Shown here piece by piece: positions 1-14,761 of a stretch of DNA of 64,000 bases. Position 1 is the stretch's first letter; every line of letters starts with the position of its first letter. The stretch spans positions 6,076,001 to 6,140,000 of the forward strand of contig OX597828.1 in NCBI GenBank assembly GCA_951406725.2, in the 5' to 3' direction. Source of the stretch: Octopus vulgaris. Taxonomy: Eukaryota. A program made the translations under genes and the position numbers. The notes below the pieces were generated by a model. The model saw only the letters and a program-made list of their open reading frames with translations. It made no database searches and had not been told where the DNA came from.

Positions 1-187
1 CACCAATCTTCTCAGCATATATTGGTTTCCAAACTAAACGAGAAAGAGGAGTCTTATCTCACTAATGTCTTTGATGTCTCAAAGACATTCAGTAATGTAA
101 AATAATCTTAGTTGAATCATTACCGCTAGTCTACTAACTCATTTATCATACACTAACGAAATTGCTGATGCAGAAGCATTGTAATTC

Positions 188-241
<54 letters not shown>

Positions 242-287
242 GTGCGCGCGCGCATGTGTGTGTGTGTGTAAGTGTGTGCGTGTGCGC

Positions 288-348
<61 letters not shown>

Positions 349-362
349 CATGTATATGTACG

Positions 363-393
<31 letters not shown>

Positions 394-489
394 ATGTGTG
401 TGTGTGTTAGTGGGTGAGTGAATCTGTTATACATATTTACTAGTATGCGTATAAATATAAATGCACATATACATATATAAATGCAAGGC

Positions 490-529
<40 letters not shown>

Positions 530-571
530 TATATACATACATATATACATCCATACATACACACATATATT

Positions 572-602
<31 letters not shown>

Positions 603-650
603 CTTTATGTATGTATGTTTCATTGCCGCTGTGTATATATATATATATGC
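188..650. repeat. Compound (TA)n/(TG)n microsatellite block; similar blocks recur throughout the window
   Basis: Directly visible dinucleotide runs; they explain the YI/CV/HT-repeat ORFs. Confidence 0.97.
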
Positions 651-1080
651 GCAGAGGCGTTCGTCTTCAAAATCGTCGTTTATTTCCTTAGCCATATCTG
701 TCCAAATCTATTATTTTTAATTAGCTAAAGGAAGACATTTACTTTATTCTAATGACTTGTTTGTTTTACAGGGCATTGGAAACTGCTGCGACAGTTGAAT
801 TGTGGAACATATTTTTATTCTTCTACTTTAACAGGTTTGCTACTTAAAATGTTAGCGAATTGCCCTCATTCATACGAGATTTGCTACAATCCTTAATAAT
901 ATTGCGTCCTCTTGAGAGTATTGATATTTCTCTATTCAAAAGCAATTATGCCTGTATATGCGTATGTACTTGTATATCACTATATATATATATATATATA
1001 ACTATATATGATTGTGTGTGTATGAGTGTGAGTATGTATGTGTGTGTGTCTATTTATGCATATATGTAAATATATGTGCG

Positions 1081-1111
<31 letters not shown>

Positions 1112-1241
1112 CTATCTATTTATCTCTCTATCTTTGTAAATATATTTATATATAATAAATTTTGTATATCTCAGTTTCCTTAGCAAAGGCCTATGTTCGT
1201 TGTATAAATCGCTGTATAGCTCAGCTGGAACACACGCACAG

Positions 1242-1314
<73 letters not shown>

Positions 1315-1364
1315 CATACATTCATGGATATATAAATATATACATATGTATACATGCATACATC

Positions 1365-1492
1365 CAGGCTTCTTTTACTTTCCCTCTACCAAATCCACTC
1401 ACAAGTCTTTTCCTAAAATTCTACGCTTTGGAACTGAACCAGAAAGCATATGCTACAGTAGCAGGCTTCTTACCACATAGCCATGCCTGCAC
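1365..1492 (-). mobile_element. Degraded 5' part of SINE family B
   Basis: CTACCAAATCCACTCACAAG and CTTACCACATAGCCATGCCTGCAC match the full copies at 29380 and 57577. Confidence 0.7.
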
Positions 1493-1942
1493 ATGTATAT
1501 ATGTATATATATGTATATATACATATACACACATGTTATATGTATATATATATACATGCAAACACGCATAAACACACATGTTTCTTGCATCGTATGACTA
1601 TCACCAATGGTAAAAGGGAAAGGCATTATAATGTGTTACTGGATTTCGCCTTGCTCTGTCTGAGTGCATTGATGGTCTGGGAAATGTAGACTTATAACAG
1701 TGTAACTCTGTCGAAAGTTATTCTATAACATATATCCTGTCTTCATTATCTACTAGCGTTTAAAAATATGTGCTTACACACACACACACACACTCATATA
1801 CATACGTATGTATATATATATATATATGAATGTATGTTTTTGTGCGTTTATATACATACATCTGTGTACATGTGTGTATATATATATTCAAAAGGCGTAT
1901 TCAAATAGAAACTGTCCCAAATCCTTCACAGTAAATAATATT

Positions 1943-2160
1943 ATTTTCAAATTTTGGCAAAAAGCCATCAATTTCGGGGGTGAGGCTAAGTTGATTATGC
2001 ATTCCCCACCCCCGTGTTCGACGGGTATATATTTTATCGCCCATGAAATGTTAAAATGCAAGCTCGACCGCGGCGGAATTTGAACTCAGTTCGTAAAGAC
2101 CAACGAAATGTCGTAAAACATTTTGCCCGGCGTGCTTACCATTCTGACAACTCATCTTCT
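1943..2160 (-). mobile_element. tRNA-derived SINE family A, old copy
   Basis: Minus strand shows B-box GAGTTCAAATTCC, CGCGGTCGA core and the GCCAAAATTTGAAA tail shared with other A copies. Confidence 0.8.
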
Positions 2161-2584
2161 TGAAGAAATAGCGGAAAGCACTATTTTATTTCGAGGTGGT
2201 AATTATTCTGCCAGTCCACCGCGCTTCACATTGAGTAATATTAGTCTGACATGACGCTCGAAGGAAAATTAGCAAAGTGAAAGTTAAGTGAGCAAGTATT
2301 ATGTTTCAGGCATACCTCATTCGTCGCATATATAGAGAAAAGTGTTCCATCACTTATTAAACCGGACGTTTCAGAGAAAAATGCGTCGTTTCTAATGCCA
2401 AAAAACTGGTTACTTGTGTGTGCATTTACTGGTATGTGCACTTACTGGTATGTGCATGAGTATGTGTGCATGTCGGGTTAGTAATGTGTGACCGTATTTG
2501 TGTGAGAGTGCACGTATATATATATATATATATATATATATCTTTCTATCAATAATGTGTGCATTATAAATATATGTATATACA

Positions 2585-2665
<81 letters not shown>

Positions 2666-2801
2666 ATATCTATCTATGTCTATCTATCTATAATACGTGC
2701 ATTTGTGTACATATATGTATGTATTCTACTGAAAATGAACCTTATTGTTTGCTATTTATTGCAGTACTAATTCAGTAGAAATTATTATTGTTAAATATCG
2801 C

Positions 2802-3010
2802 TTTCAAGTTTTTGCAGAAGGCTAGCAATTTAGAGGCAGGGAGTAAATCCATTGTATCCACCCACCCCCAGTACTTAACTGGTAATTATTTTATGGACAC
2901 CGAAAGTATCAAAAGCAAATTCAATCTCGGTGTCATATAAACTCAGAAAGTGAAGATGGAGGAAACATATTTTCCTCTCGTGCTAACAATTTTGCCAACT
3001 CACCAGGCAA
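2802..3010 (-). mobile_element. SINE family A, old copy
   Basis: CCCCAGTACTTAACTGGTA...CCGAAAG...CTCAGAA...GTGCTAACAATT motif order of family A. Confidence 0.75.
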
Positions 3011-3595
3011 GACATTGTTAACTATTTAGATATCACATTATTGATTGTCGCGTTTAATTTGTGTAATCAATAAGTAAATGTTCGATTTCAGACATTTACT
3101 TTTTGAGGGCATCCCTGGATGTTACCTCGCACCCAGTTACTTAGGTAACCATTCAAATATCAATCTGCATATTTGCGTATTAATCACCGTTACATCAAAT
3201 TGATTGGTGACACTGACACCAGTGTTTAATTAAATGCATTTCTATTATTGATAACGGAATTAGATACCAGTACAAATAAATGTTCGTAAAAGATAATACT
3301 GGGGCAGAGAAAGAAGAGCAGCCTTCCACATTTTCTGTCGAATAATTGCATGCTTTTATATATAGTTTTATCTGCTTCAAAATCAACAGTTACAAAATGA
3401 TAATTACAAAATTTTTATAATAATAACACTATGTAACAAATTTTAAACTTTTGTTTGTCTTTGGTCTAGAAAGCAAAGAATATTATTGCTAGACCCTTCA
3501 AACTTTAGTTCTGTGGCCAGAACATTGACGTTTTAAAAATGATATTTATTTATGAAGTTGTAATCTGAACTAATGTTTTTAAGGTAATTATACTA

Positions 3596-3673
<78 letters not shown>

Positions 3674-3743
3674 CAAGGAGGTGAACCAACAAAGCAGCAT
3701 ATAAACCTATCTCTATATTTATTTCTAGAACATTCTGGTAACA

Positions 3744-4392
3744 CACTGAATGTACCATAAATAAAACGATTCAGGAAACATTGTCTCTTTAGTTCAGTGA
3801 ACTTCTAGCTGTCAAAGTGGACACACAGCGTTATTGATGGCTGTATTCGTCACAAATGTCATCAAGAGGTTGTAAGCATCCGGCAGATGGATTTTGTTAT
3901 ATCTGCGGTTAATTTATCAAGAGAAGAACAAAAAGGTACTCTTTAACATCTGCTAAAATATGTGAGGCCTACAAGGCATATTTTGGCGTGGTTGTCGGGG
4001 ATCAAGATGAACTCTGAGCACCTTATTTCACCTGTGAACTCTGCAAAAGAATTCAAGAAGTTATGATGGAAAATCTTGCTTAGGTAAATTGTGGAATTTT
4101 TAAATGTAAAAATTTTTTTTTTCTCCCTTTTTTCCCTCTTTTTTAACCTGTGTTATAGAAAATATGTATACTGTATTTAATGAAAATATAATATACATAA
4201 TCAAAAACCATACAATGACTAATGTAAATATGTCTGTAATTGTAAATATTTCTTTATTGGGGGAGGGGGGAATTGACGAATGATTGGGAAAGCAATTTAA
4301 ATATATTTGTATATTTATATACATTTTTATTTTGCTATTTTGCAGGATGGTACAGGGGGGAAAACAGCTATGAAATTCGCAGTCCTACGATA
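3744..4392 (+). mobile_element. 5' stub of an intron-containing DNA-transposon transposase, Chapaev3/CMC-like zinc-finger N-terminus (pseudogenised)
   Basis: From ATG 3856: MSSRGCKHPADGFCYICG*FIK...EAYKAYFGVVVGDQDEL*APYFTCELCKR; intron ~4060-4345 ending ttttgcag; then WYRGE/AMKFAV; candidate CACTG terminus at 3744. Family assignment from recalled motifs. Confidence 0.65.
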
Positions 4393-4469
4393 AAGAGTGT
4401 GTGTGTATCTTCATTTGTTCTTTAAATGATTTTTAATTTACCTACACTTCTCAAGGTGTACCCCAGTGC

Positions 4470-4646
4470 CACAATCCGTGGAATCGTATGAAGGGTATAA
4501 CACAAATCATACGAAAGGTCACAATTACTCTCCGAAATAATGAAAGGCAGAGTCTACCTAACCAGAATTTGAACTCGGAATGTAAAACGGGCGAAATGCC
4601 GCTAAGCATTTACCCGGCGTACTAACAATTCTCTCAGCTCACCGCC

Positions 4647-4648
<2 letters not shown>
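4470..4648 (-). mobile_element. SINE family A copy abutting a (TAA)n array
   Basis: GAATTTGAACTC...GCCGCTAAGCATT...CAGCTCACCGCCTT is the reverse complement of the A head. Confidence 0.8.
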
Positions 4649-4716
<68 letters not shown>

Positions 4717-4747
4717 TAATAATAATAATAATGATAATAATAATAAT

Positions 4748-6754
<2,007 letters not shown>

Positions 6755-6784
6755 CAACAACATCAACAACTTGTCTGTTAAACT

Positions 6785-7115
6785 TGTCTGTCCCACAATA
6801 TCCAAATGTCTCATGAAAGGAATACGAAAAGACTTCTCACTAATAATATCTGTAAATTGAAATCCAAAATGGATAGTACTACGATAATCACAGCAGTAAT
6901 TGGTGCGTTGGGATTGATAAAGGAGGGAGATGAAAAATATATTAAACAACTCCCCGGGAACTCCAATCTCCGTGAACTATATAAGATAACCTTGGTGGGT
7001 ACAGCTGCTCAAATGGAATAAATGTGGTGATGTTTGCATGCATAGCAAAGCTAAAGTGGCCTTGCTGTTGTTGGCCTTCGGAGGATGACCGCTACTATGG
7101 CAGCTGAAACAAAGT
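6785..7115 (+). mobile_element. 3' end fragment of a second R4/Dong-like LINE
   Basis: AVIGALGLIKEG...LPGNSNLRELYKITLVGTA matches the RLE C-terminal pattern (PVVIGALG...QKIALLGTA). Confidence 0.75.
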
Positions 7116-7137
7116 TATAAAGAAAGGAAACCATAAA

Positions 7138-7212
7138 TGATGAGAATAATAACAATAATTATAATAATAATAATAATGATAATGATGATGATGATGATGA
7201 TGATGATGATTG

Positions 7213-7291
<79 letters not shown>

Positions 7292-7529
7292 TAAAATGAT
7301 AATCATAATAATAATAATAACGATGATGATGGTAATAATAATAATAATGATAATAATAATAAGAACAAGAAGAACAAGAAGTAAAAGAAAAAGAACATAA
7401 AGTAGAATAATAATATTAATTGTAATAATAATAAATTATTATTATTATTATTATTATATTATAATAATATTAATAATAATAATAATAAAAATAATAACAA
7501 TAATAATAATAATAATAACAATAATAATA

Positions 7530-7577
<48 letters not shown>

Positions 7578-7580
7578 GAA

Positions 7581-7657
<77 letters not shown>

Positions 7658-7800
7658 AGAAGAAGAAGCAGAAGAAGAAGAAGAGCAGGCAACAGTAACA
7701 CAAATGTGTAGCAGGTGATGTAGCCGTGATTTGACTGTAACTACAAAAGTTGAACAACAACAACAACAACAAAAGCAGCAACAACAACAATAATAATAAT
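7138..7800. repeat. Compound trinucleotide array (GAT/AAT/TTA/GAA/CAA)
   Basis: Direct observation. Confidence 0.95.
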
Positions 7801-8166
7801 TTAAAACATTAATAAATGAAAATTATTTCCTCTTGACGTTCATAAATTACTATGGCATCAGTAGCATCCAATTCTCACGGACAAGAATAAATGTTTATGA
7901 CATCAGTAAAGATACTCGAAGGATTGCTTTGCTCCAGTGATAAAAGTCTCATGCCTATCGATATGTGGTTGCGGACTGCGGTAAGCGTTCGACTACTTCA
8001 TTTCGAAGGATACTTTAACCCATTATTTATACGCTGTTACATATAGCTATACGTGCTTCGAAAGCCAACGTTCTCAAAAAGATTTTCTAAGGTCTATATC
8101 GCTATCGAAATGAATTCAAGGTTAAATGGCAGTACATTTTTATCGGAAATATCGTTTAAAGTCATA

Positions 8167-8229
<63 letters not shown>

Positions 8230-8297
8230 GGTCCCGGGTTGAGTCGGGGTTAACCACAGTAAATAAGGTACTCAATACATAGCAGAGTAAATTAATT

Positions 8298-8342
<45 letters not shown>

Positions 8343-8361
8343 CGTGTGTGTGTGAGTGTGA

Positions 8362-8418
<57 letters not shown>

Positions 8419-8425
<7 letters not shown>

Positions 8426-8722
8426 ATCACGTGACCGACCAGACCATCAAATGTTTTTACACATCGCTGGTCACAATGCGTTCGCATTGTTTTAGCCTTT
8501 GAATGACGCCACCCCGCTGGCTAAGCGAGCAGGCCAACAGAAGAAAGAGTGGGAGAAAGAGTGGTGAAAGAGTACAGCAGGGATCACCACACCCTGCCGG
8601 AGCATCGTGGAGCTTTTATGTGTTTTCGCTCAATAAACACTCACAACGCCCGGTCTGGGAATCGAAACCGCGATCCTACGACCGCGAGTTCGATGCCCTG
8701 ACCAGTGGGCCATTGCGCCTCC
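8419..8722 (-). mobile_element. tRNA-derived SINE family D, full length, inside (TA)n
   Basis: Minus strand starts GGAGGCGCAATGGCCCACTGG (A box), GGTTTCGATTCC (B box), ends GGTCACGTGATCACGTGA; head is related to family C. Confidence 0.85.
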
Positions 8723-8824
8723 ATATATATATATATTATACATACAATCATATATGTATGCATATACGTGTACATATGCGTGCATATATATATATATATA
8801 CATGCATATATATATATATATATG

Positions 8825-8884
<60 letters not shown>

Positions 8885-9941
8885 TCTAGTTTCAGCTCAG
8901 AGCTGCGGCCATGCTGATGCACCGCCGTTATATATATATAAGTTATTACTTGCGTAAGGGTACACCGATGAATCAGCTAGACAAAATTTGTTGATTTACT
9001 ACAGTTAGCTTTTAGTAATCTAACATTAGATTTCACCACCTTCTTTTGCATCTAAGAAATGTTTGGCTTCTGTTCCTAACTCTCTTAGTTCCTGTTAATT
9101 TATTTATCTTGAAAATTATTTCTTCTTTTAAGTTAGGTACCCTGTACACGAAACAAATCTAAACCAAGTAAGGGCTTCTCCGACTACCAAGTGTTTTCTT
9201 TTCCTTTTCGTCTTTCAATATTTCTCAAATAACATATGACTTCCATAAGGGTACTCGGAAGAACTACTTATACTATAATTGTAGATTTATCGTAGCTAGA
9301 TTATAATAATCTACCTATAGCCTCTGCGCCTTTCAATTTTCATTTCATCTTAATTTCAGTTCTTAACTCTCTTAATTTTTCTTAAACTATGAATATATTT
9401 TTAAGGTTTTTTTTCTGCATCTTATATCGCCTCTGAGGGAAACGCATCTTGCCCTAGACAGGGCATCTCTAACTGCTTATTTTAACTTCGTGCTACTTCT
9501 TTTAAATTCTTAAGAGTCACACCAAACAGATTTTATTGCCATATCATATTTCACAGCAAACATCAAACTCTGCTATCTTCGACACTGAAAAAAGAAACAA
9601 AAACAATTCCCCCCACATAATTTCTACTTAAAATAAGACTGTCAAGCACTGAACTGTCCAGTTTGCTTCAAAACCATGCAGCTGTAATAACATTAATAAA
9701 GCTGCATGGATATATATACCCTGGATGAACATATAATGCAAATGAACCCACAGGATGGAATTAAATGCCTGATCTTTGGAGGTCTATGCAGCAGAAACAA
9801 GTGTCGGACTGAGATTTAAAGTGAATGAATCGTATATAATACTGTAATAAACACGTGTTTTTGCGGATATATAATGTATCATACATATACATATATGTGT
9901 GAGTGTACATGGATATGTATATGTATGCCTACATATGTAGC

Positions 9942-9975
<34 letters not shown>

Positions 9976-10559
9976 GTGTGTGTGCGTGTGTTTGTGTGTG
10001 TATTACATTTGCTTCTATTAACTGTTTGTATTTCTTATTGGTATTGTTTATATTTTAGACTAATGCCACACTCATTTCTGCCTTTTTGTAGTATGTGAGC
10101 AGTGTTTATGGTTGTTATTGTTAGTTTTCTCTTTCTTAAGGAAACTTCTGAAGAATTGCTTTTTGCGCAATCAGCGACCGCTCCATTAGACCCTTCTGAT
10201 ATGATATATATCCAATTACCCGAATAGTAGATACGTGCTAGACGACTAATATAATAGACTGCCTCCTGGCTAGATGGTAATAAATATTTGGCATATGAAA
10301 TTGGAAACCAAGTTACTATGCATCGTTTAATGATGTTGACTTTGAGAAGGGTGGAGGTGTATTGGTTTAGCAACAGTACAGTGGACAGTGTTGGCTTTGT
10401 GATTACATTCAGGAAGATTAGTGAATTGCTACTTCACGTAATATCCTAATAATTTCCACAGATTGTCAATTAGTGTCTATACACACACGTGCGCGCGCAA
10501 AATCACACGCGCGCACATACACATACACACACATCTATATCGCTTATCTTTTATCTTGC

Positions 10560-10790
10560 ATCTTTTAGTTCTTTCAGCCACTAGACTGTGGAGAGCACTG
10601 GGGCACCGACTTGAAGAATTGTAGGCGATCGAACCGACAAAAGTTCCTATCTTTTTCTAGAGTCTGGTACTTTTTCTCATCGATCTGATGTGTCGGAATG
10701 CTAAGGTCCAGAACTGTAAACACCCCAACATCGGTTGTCATATGTTGGTTGGTGATAAACACAGACACAAAGATACCAACACATACACAC
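10560..10790 (-). mobile_element. Degraded 3' half of SINE family B
   Basis: GTAAACACCCCAACATCGGTTGTC and AAACACAGACAC match the B copies. Confidence 0.7.
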
Positions 10791-10816
10791 TCAGACACAC
10801 ATACGCAAACACACAC

Positions 10817-10880
<64 letters not shown>

Positions 10881-10939
10881 ATATATAAACAATATATGTG
10901 TATATAAATATACAAACAATATATATGTATATATATATA

Positions 10940-12192
10940 CTAGCAGTATAGCCCGGCTTTGCTCGGTATTAAGTTAGGATTATTAAGCTAATCAAGTCCT
11001 TTATTTCAAAGCAAAGTGACATCGACGTCAAATTTGAGTGGAATCCGTTAAAATTGGTAAATTTTGGCTGCAATTTTGCAGACAATTTGATTGGTATATC
11101 CCATAAGGAATCGGTTTATCGATTTTTTCCACTCATCGATTGTTTTTCTTTTCATGTAACCCCACTTTGCCCAAGGGTTGAGAACCCTTCCAGCAAGGAA
11201 AATAGAACGCCCAAAAGGGCCCCCGATCCTCTGTGTGAGAAGCGGTTATGTTCAGATCACAACTAAGTATATATATATGGGCAACACACACAAACACAAA
11301 CATATACGTGCATACACCTATTGCATACATGTTTTTGCACGCCTTTGCCCCTGCCACTGTCCCACCACTACCTCGTACTCGATTAATACTATCAATTGAA
11401 GCAAATTTGGCACCCGGAAGTAAGTTCTTTAACAGGAATAGAAAAGCCTACTTTCTCCCGCAGAGATGTGAAAGTCATATCTCTCCTTTCGAAAACATGA
11501 ACGGTTTTGAAACATTGTTTACAAAATAATAGCTGATCGTTTTCGAAGGAACATGTCTACAGTCATCACGTAGGTCTTTTGCTCTGGTAACCTTTGTTAT
11601 CCCCAATGTTCACGCTAGACCAGCTATATATCGCTATGAGTAGAGCAACGGATTCAGCTACTTTGGAAATTAGCTGTGGAAAAAACGGAGAGTATCATTT
11701 ATGTTACCCGTATATATACATATATATGGACATCACACACACACACACACGCACATTGAATACATGTGTTTTGTACGCATACATGCTCGTGTGTGTGTAT
11801 GTGTGACTGGAGCCATTCACACATACATACGTAACAACACCTGTCTGTGTGTTATTGCCAGTAAAAAGACGAAATTATAAAAATCTGTTTACTCCCTCTC
11901 ACTCTCCCTCTCCCACCTCTCTTTACACCGTCGCTAGGAGAGGACTTAACTCATGTTTGTTTTGTAAAGAATGGTAGGTTTCGCCGCTGTAAAAATTTAG
12001 AGGTTATGGCTCAAAATTATTTACCACTATTCGCGGGTGTCTCGGGGGAAAATAATTTGACGAAAATATAGCGAGGATCGTGACGAATGTCCTCCTAAAA
12101 GATGAGCGACATGCGTGCTAATTTGTGCATGTGCATAAACTACAATCTCCTACACACACACACACACACATCCTGCTTTATATACATACAGA
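10940..12192 (-). mobile_element. Non-autonomous Helitron carrying a Pif1/RepHel helicase motif-VI fragment
   Basis: Minus strand A|TC start (12192), degenerate CCG...CGGG hairpin then CTAG|T end (10940); + strand 11594-11670 reads SPMFTLDQLYIAMSRATDS, like the F.HGQLYVA.SR helicase motif. Confidence 0.7.
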
Positions 12193-12274
12193 TATATATA
12201 TATATGAACACAAATTTAATGCTGACTTATTATTATTGTTATTATCATTACTATTATTATTATTATTATTATTG

Positions 12275-13440
12275 TTTCATGTTTGGCTTTTGCATTGTAT
12301 TTGTACAAGTTGGCTCCAAATCTGACACAGAGACATTAAGAGACAACAATTTAGAAGTTCATGTTGGTGTTATGCCTAGGATGTCATGTATTTGATTTTG
12401 TACATAGTATTCTTCTAGAGAATGATTAAGAAAACATAAGAAAATTATGTGTTTAGTTTAAAATTTGAGATTACAGAGACAGTATCTTATGTAGGATATA
12501 AGCAGTTCCCATGAGCACTATCTTTTGAATTTCTACCATTTTGGTGGTTCCTGTATCTGAGCTAGGTAGTAATCAGCCCCTTTTGATATCATTCCTAGGG
12601 CATATATGACAACAGGTATTGCTATAGTCTTCAGGTTCCACTTTTTGCCAATTTCTATTTCGAGATCTTTATACTTGCTCAGTTTTTGGTAGGTCTTTAC
12701 AGATTCATTTATATCGATTGGGACAGTCATTTCAATGAGGAGGCATGATTTTTGTCTGAAGTAATTCAATAAAATATCTGGCATATTGTCATTTAACTTT
12801 CTGTCAGTTTAAATGATGAAGTTCCAGAGCAATGGGGTGTGATCATTTTCAAGCACTGGAGGTGGCTTGTGTTCCTACCAGTTTTTATCATGGGTCAGGT
12901 CCAGAATTTAGCAAATTACCCAGTGAATATATTGTGCTGCTCTATCATGCCTGATGAGACACATTGTAGGCGTAAGAAGACTGCACGTGGAGACAATATG
13001 ATCGATGGTTTCCTTTTCTTGTTGATATACATGACATGTTGTGCAGCTGCCGTTCTCTAATATATTGGCCTGGTAGTTTCTTGGAGGCAGGCATTGATCT
13101 TTGGCAGCTATGATAACCCTTCTGTTACTGCTTTAAGGCAGAAGCCATTAATCATTGATGGGTAACGGCTTTGTCAACATCGGCATTATTGCCTCTCTTT
13201 GGGTATTTACCATTGAGAGGTATTTCTTGCTATTTATCAGTCAGAATATCTAAGGCAGCAGTTTTAGCACGGGTTTTCATACGCTTAGCTTTTTCTGTGA
13301 TTGTTTCTAGTATATCTAATTCTGGAATTTGTTGTATTTGGAATTCACTTAGATATTCATTTGCCTGTTTTCTTACTAGGTGTGATACTTGTTTTCATAT
13401 TTTGTGACAAGTTTTAACATTTAATCATCAGAGGTTTTCA
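12275..13440 (-). mobile_element. R4/Dong-like LINE 3' portion (zinc knuckle region, RLE, 3' UTR)
   Basis: PDILL...LIEMTVP...KLSKYKDLEIEIGKKWNLKTIAIPVVIYALG...QKIVLMGTA; 3' end runs into (TAA)n on its sense strand. Confidence 0.88.
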
Positions 13441-13544
13441 GGTATGTGTCTAGGCCAATTGTGGCGATCTTCGTTGTTAATTACAGTTGTAAACGTCTAT
13501 AGCTTCCCTCTTTTCATGGTAGATAAATTAGTTGTATATCGGCC

Positions 13545-13659
13545 TTCTTCTTCTTCTTCTTCTTCTTCTTCTTCTTCTTCTTCTTCTTCTTCTTCTTCTT
13601 CTTCTTCTTCTTCTTCTTCTTCTTCTTCTTCTTCTTCTTCTTCTTCTTCTTCTTCTTCT

Positions 13660-13752
<93 letters not shown>

Positions 13753-13767
13753 TTATTATTATTATTA

Positions 13768-13808
<41 letters not shown>
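13545..13808. repeat. (TTC)n followed by (TTA)n
   Basis: Direct observation. Confidence 0.97.
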
Positions 13809-13809
13809 G

Positions 13810-14310
13810 CAGACGTCGCACAGTATCACAGTATACAATATCGTGAGGTTGTTGATTGAAAATATTGTGTCCAGCTTTTCCTCTTTCTCTCATGATGATA
13901 TTTGGTTCTCCTGGCACTGATACGCCGATTATTAGGCATTGTTGTTTGTCCCCTACTAAATGTTACTATACCCGGTCTTTCGTGCTCTATCGCTTTATCT
14001 GTCTGGAAATCAAAGTCCCAGGGGATTTTTCCTTCCCCTTTTCGTCCATTAATTTTACCGGTGTTTGTTGGTACCAAGCACCCATAACCTCATATCCATA
14101 CTTACGGTATAGTAGCCAGGGGAGGGTTTGGACTACCTTGTCGTGTCTACGCTTGTACTCTTTTTGCGCAAGATTTTTCACAAACAGAAACAATGTGAGT
14201 CATACTGTTGACCTTCTTCCTTCAGTGGAGGTCCGGAATATATTATATTTTACTGTGTCGGTATTCAACGCCTGGTCATGGGCTGCGATGATTAGGCTTT
14301 CAGTAATCTT
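13810..14310 (-). mobile_element. Internal fragment of an R4/Dong-like LINE between two (TTA)n arrays
   Basis: ESLIIAAHDQALNT, LAQKEYKRRHDKV, WYQQTP, WDFDFQTDKAIEHERP. Confidence 0.85.
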
Positions 14311-14365
14311 TTATTATTATTATCATTATTATTATTATATATATTATTATTACTATTATTATTAC

Positions 14366-14434
<69 letters not shown>

Positions 14435-14462
14435 CATTATTATTATTATTATTATTATTATT

Positions 14463-14729
14463 GAGTGAGAGAGCAGTTCATGCCATCAAAGTGACACTGG
14501 GGTAAAATATACGAAGCCCAATATACCCATCATGACTACCCGTCTGATAAGAGTACACCAGGCACATGCATCACAACCATGTGTGCGCGACATGGTGAAC
14601 TCATATCAAGATAAACAGCACATGACCTTGCAGGTGGGGCCCAGTTAGAATTTTCTTCACGTTGAGTAGCCCATCCCGCTCAAACGGTCCCTGAATAATG
14701 GTTGTTTAAGGATGTTGAAAGAACTACCC
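14463..14729 (-). mobile_element. Non-coding (TAA)n-inserted retro-sequence, family E, 5'-truncated copy
   Basis: Reverse complement matches about 31565-31832; 3' end ...CTCTCTCACTC followed by (AAT)n. Confidence 0.85.
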
Positions 14730-14761
14730 TATTATTATTATTTATTTATTTATTTATTTAT

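Noticed and set aside
8640-8722. tRNA-like sequences here and at 27400, 29720, 51712, 55115, 63721
   Set aside because: A/B boxes continue into repeated SINE bodies without a closed cloverleaf; these are SINE heads, not tRNA genes
8945-9585. Strand-skewed segment resembling decayed LINE ORF1
   Set aside because: No diagnostic motif could be read with confidence
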